From Promethearchaeota archaeon (lineage in GTDB: Archaea > Asgardarchaeota > Lokiarchaeia > Sigyniarchaeales > SOKP01), in contig JAHPZI010000030.1 of assembly GCA_019058295.1 (NCBI GenBank), positions 1 to 64,000 of the forward strand: a DNA stretch of 64,000 nt, read 5' to 3'. Shown piece by piece: positions 63,085 to 64,000 of this stretch (its first letter is position 1; each line of letters opens with the position of its first letter). The position numbers and the translations under genes are program-made. The notes under the pieces are model-generated. The model had not been told where the DNA came from and made no database searches. It saw only the letters and a program-made list of their open reading frames with translations.

Positions 63085-64000
63085 ATGAGCAAAATTAAAA
63101 ACTTAATACATTTATTGCGTTGCCGGCAATATTACAAAAATGGTTTAATTTTTGTAGGGGCATTTTTTAGTGGAAATATACTTGATTTCTTTGTTATATC
63201 CTTACTCATTATTGGCTTCGTTATCCTATGTTGTGCCTCTTCAATCAATTACATTATAAATGATATAAGAGATATTGAAAAAGATAAAAAACATCCAGAA
63301 AAATTTGAAAAACGCCCTCTTGCATCTGGAGAATTATCTGTTTTTTTTGCTATTCTTTTATTGGCACTATTATTTGGAGCTATAGTTATCTTAACTTTCC
63401 TTTTCATCATTCCAAATTGGAATTTTATTATTATGATAATATTAATCTTAATAACAGGACAATTATACAATCTCCTTTTTAAAAACTATGCTTTTATAGA
63501 TATTTTATCTTTGTCATTAATCTATCTATGGAGGGCTTTAGCAGGATGCTTCTTAATTGAAGTTTTTATTTCACCTTGGTTATTCTTAGCTATTTTTGAA
63601 CTCGCATTATTTTTGGTAATTGCTAAGAGGAAGGGCGATTTAATACTCATTGGTGAAGAAAATGCCCTTGAGCATAAAAAAAGCTACGATCAGTATTCTC
63701 TTAAGTTATTAGATCAATTTCATGTGATTATAGCAGGATCTTTATTTATTACTTACTCCTTATACCTTATATTACATTTTAATCTCTTTTCAGCGGAAAG
63801 AGTTAATTTACACGAATATATAACGATTTTAACAATTCCATTGTCTCTTTTTATTATTATGCGATATATGTATTTAACTTCAGCTAAACCAAAGATTGCA
63901 CGTAATACTGAAAAGGCACTATTAGATCCTGGAATAGTCATTGCTGGTATATGTCTATTAGGAATATTAACGTATTCCTTTTATTTAAAACTATTTCTAA
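63085..64000 (+). CDS. UbiA-family prenyltransferase (decaprenyl-phosphate phosphoribosyltransferase-like), runs off the window end
   Basis: Not in ORF track; frame from ATG 63085 reads LRCRQYYKN, YIINDIRDIEKDKKHPEK..RPLASG, KRKGD. Confidence 0.85.
   Translation, partial: MSKIKNLIHLLRCRQYYKNGLIFVGAFFSGNILDFFVISLLIIGFVILCCASSINYIINDIRDIEKDKKHPEKFEKRPLASGELSVFFAILLLALLFGAIVILTFLFIIPNWNFIIMIILILITGQLYNLLFKNYAFIDILSLSLIYLWRALAGCFLIEVFISPWLFLAIFELALFLVIAKRKGDLILIGEENALEHKKSYDQYSLKLLDQFHVIIAGSLFITYSLYLILHFNLFSAERVNLHEYITILTIPLSLFIIMRYMYLTSAKPKIARNTEKALLDPGIVIAGICLLGILTYSFYLKLFL

Noticed and set aside
3175-63941. Other short overlapping or antisense ORFs in the track (e.g. 3175, 10675, 19676, 38648, 40826, 54651, 59949, 63249, 63753)
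   Set aside because: They lie within or opposite well-supported genes and have no recognisable motifs.
1-64000. CRISPR array, rRNA, IS/transposase or integrase
   Set aside because: No repeat-spacer array, rRNA-like segment or transposase/integrase motif seen; long repeats are coding microrepeats.

Overview
AT-rich archaeal chromosome segment, most likely Asgard (Lokiarchaeia/Promethearchaeia-like). That assignment is inferred from archaeal core genes (top6B/top6A, GINS, MCM, type II MetAP, Sec61beta, Trm112, A1-U72 tRNA-Gln) occurring with eukaryotic-signature-type proteins (Rab-like GTPase, roadblock/LC7, longin-like, Bet3/V4R-like, ribophorin I-like). It holds two MoxR AAA+ loci, cofactor genes (coaBC, cofD, cofE-nitroreductase fusion), leuS, tpiA and a translocon/N-glycosylation cluster. 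Main finding: two protein-coding genes are interrupted by tiny, stop-containing, frame-breaking inserts that fold into tRNA-type bulge-helix-bulge (BHB) motifs. These are a 29-nt insert in a MoxR ATPase (2337-2365, +) and a 32-nt insert in Sec61beta (56079-56110, -; a gene the ORF track misses). In both, cutting after the 2nd bulge nucleotide, as the archaeal splicing endonuclease does, restores the frame and the family motif exactly. A tRNA-Gln with a 30-nt intron at the non-canonical 48/49 position obeys the same rule. This suggests endonuclease/ligase mRNA splicing in this lineage. All family calls are from motif recognition by eye; no searches were run.
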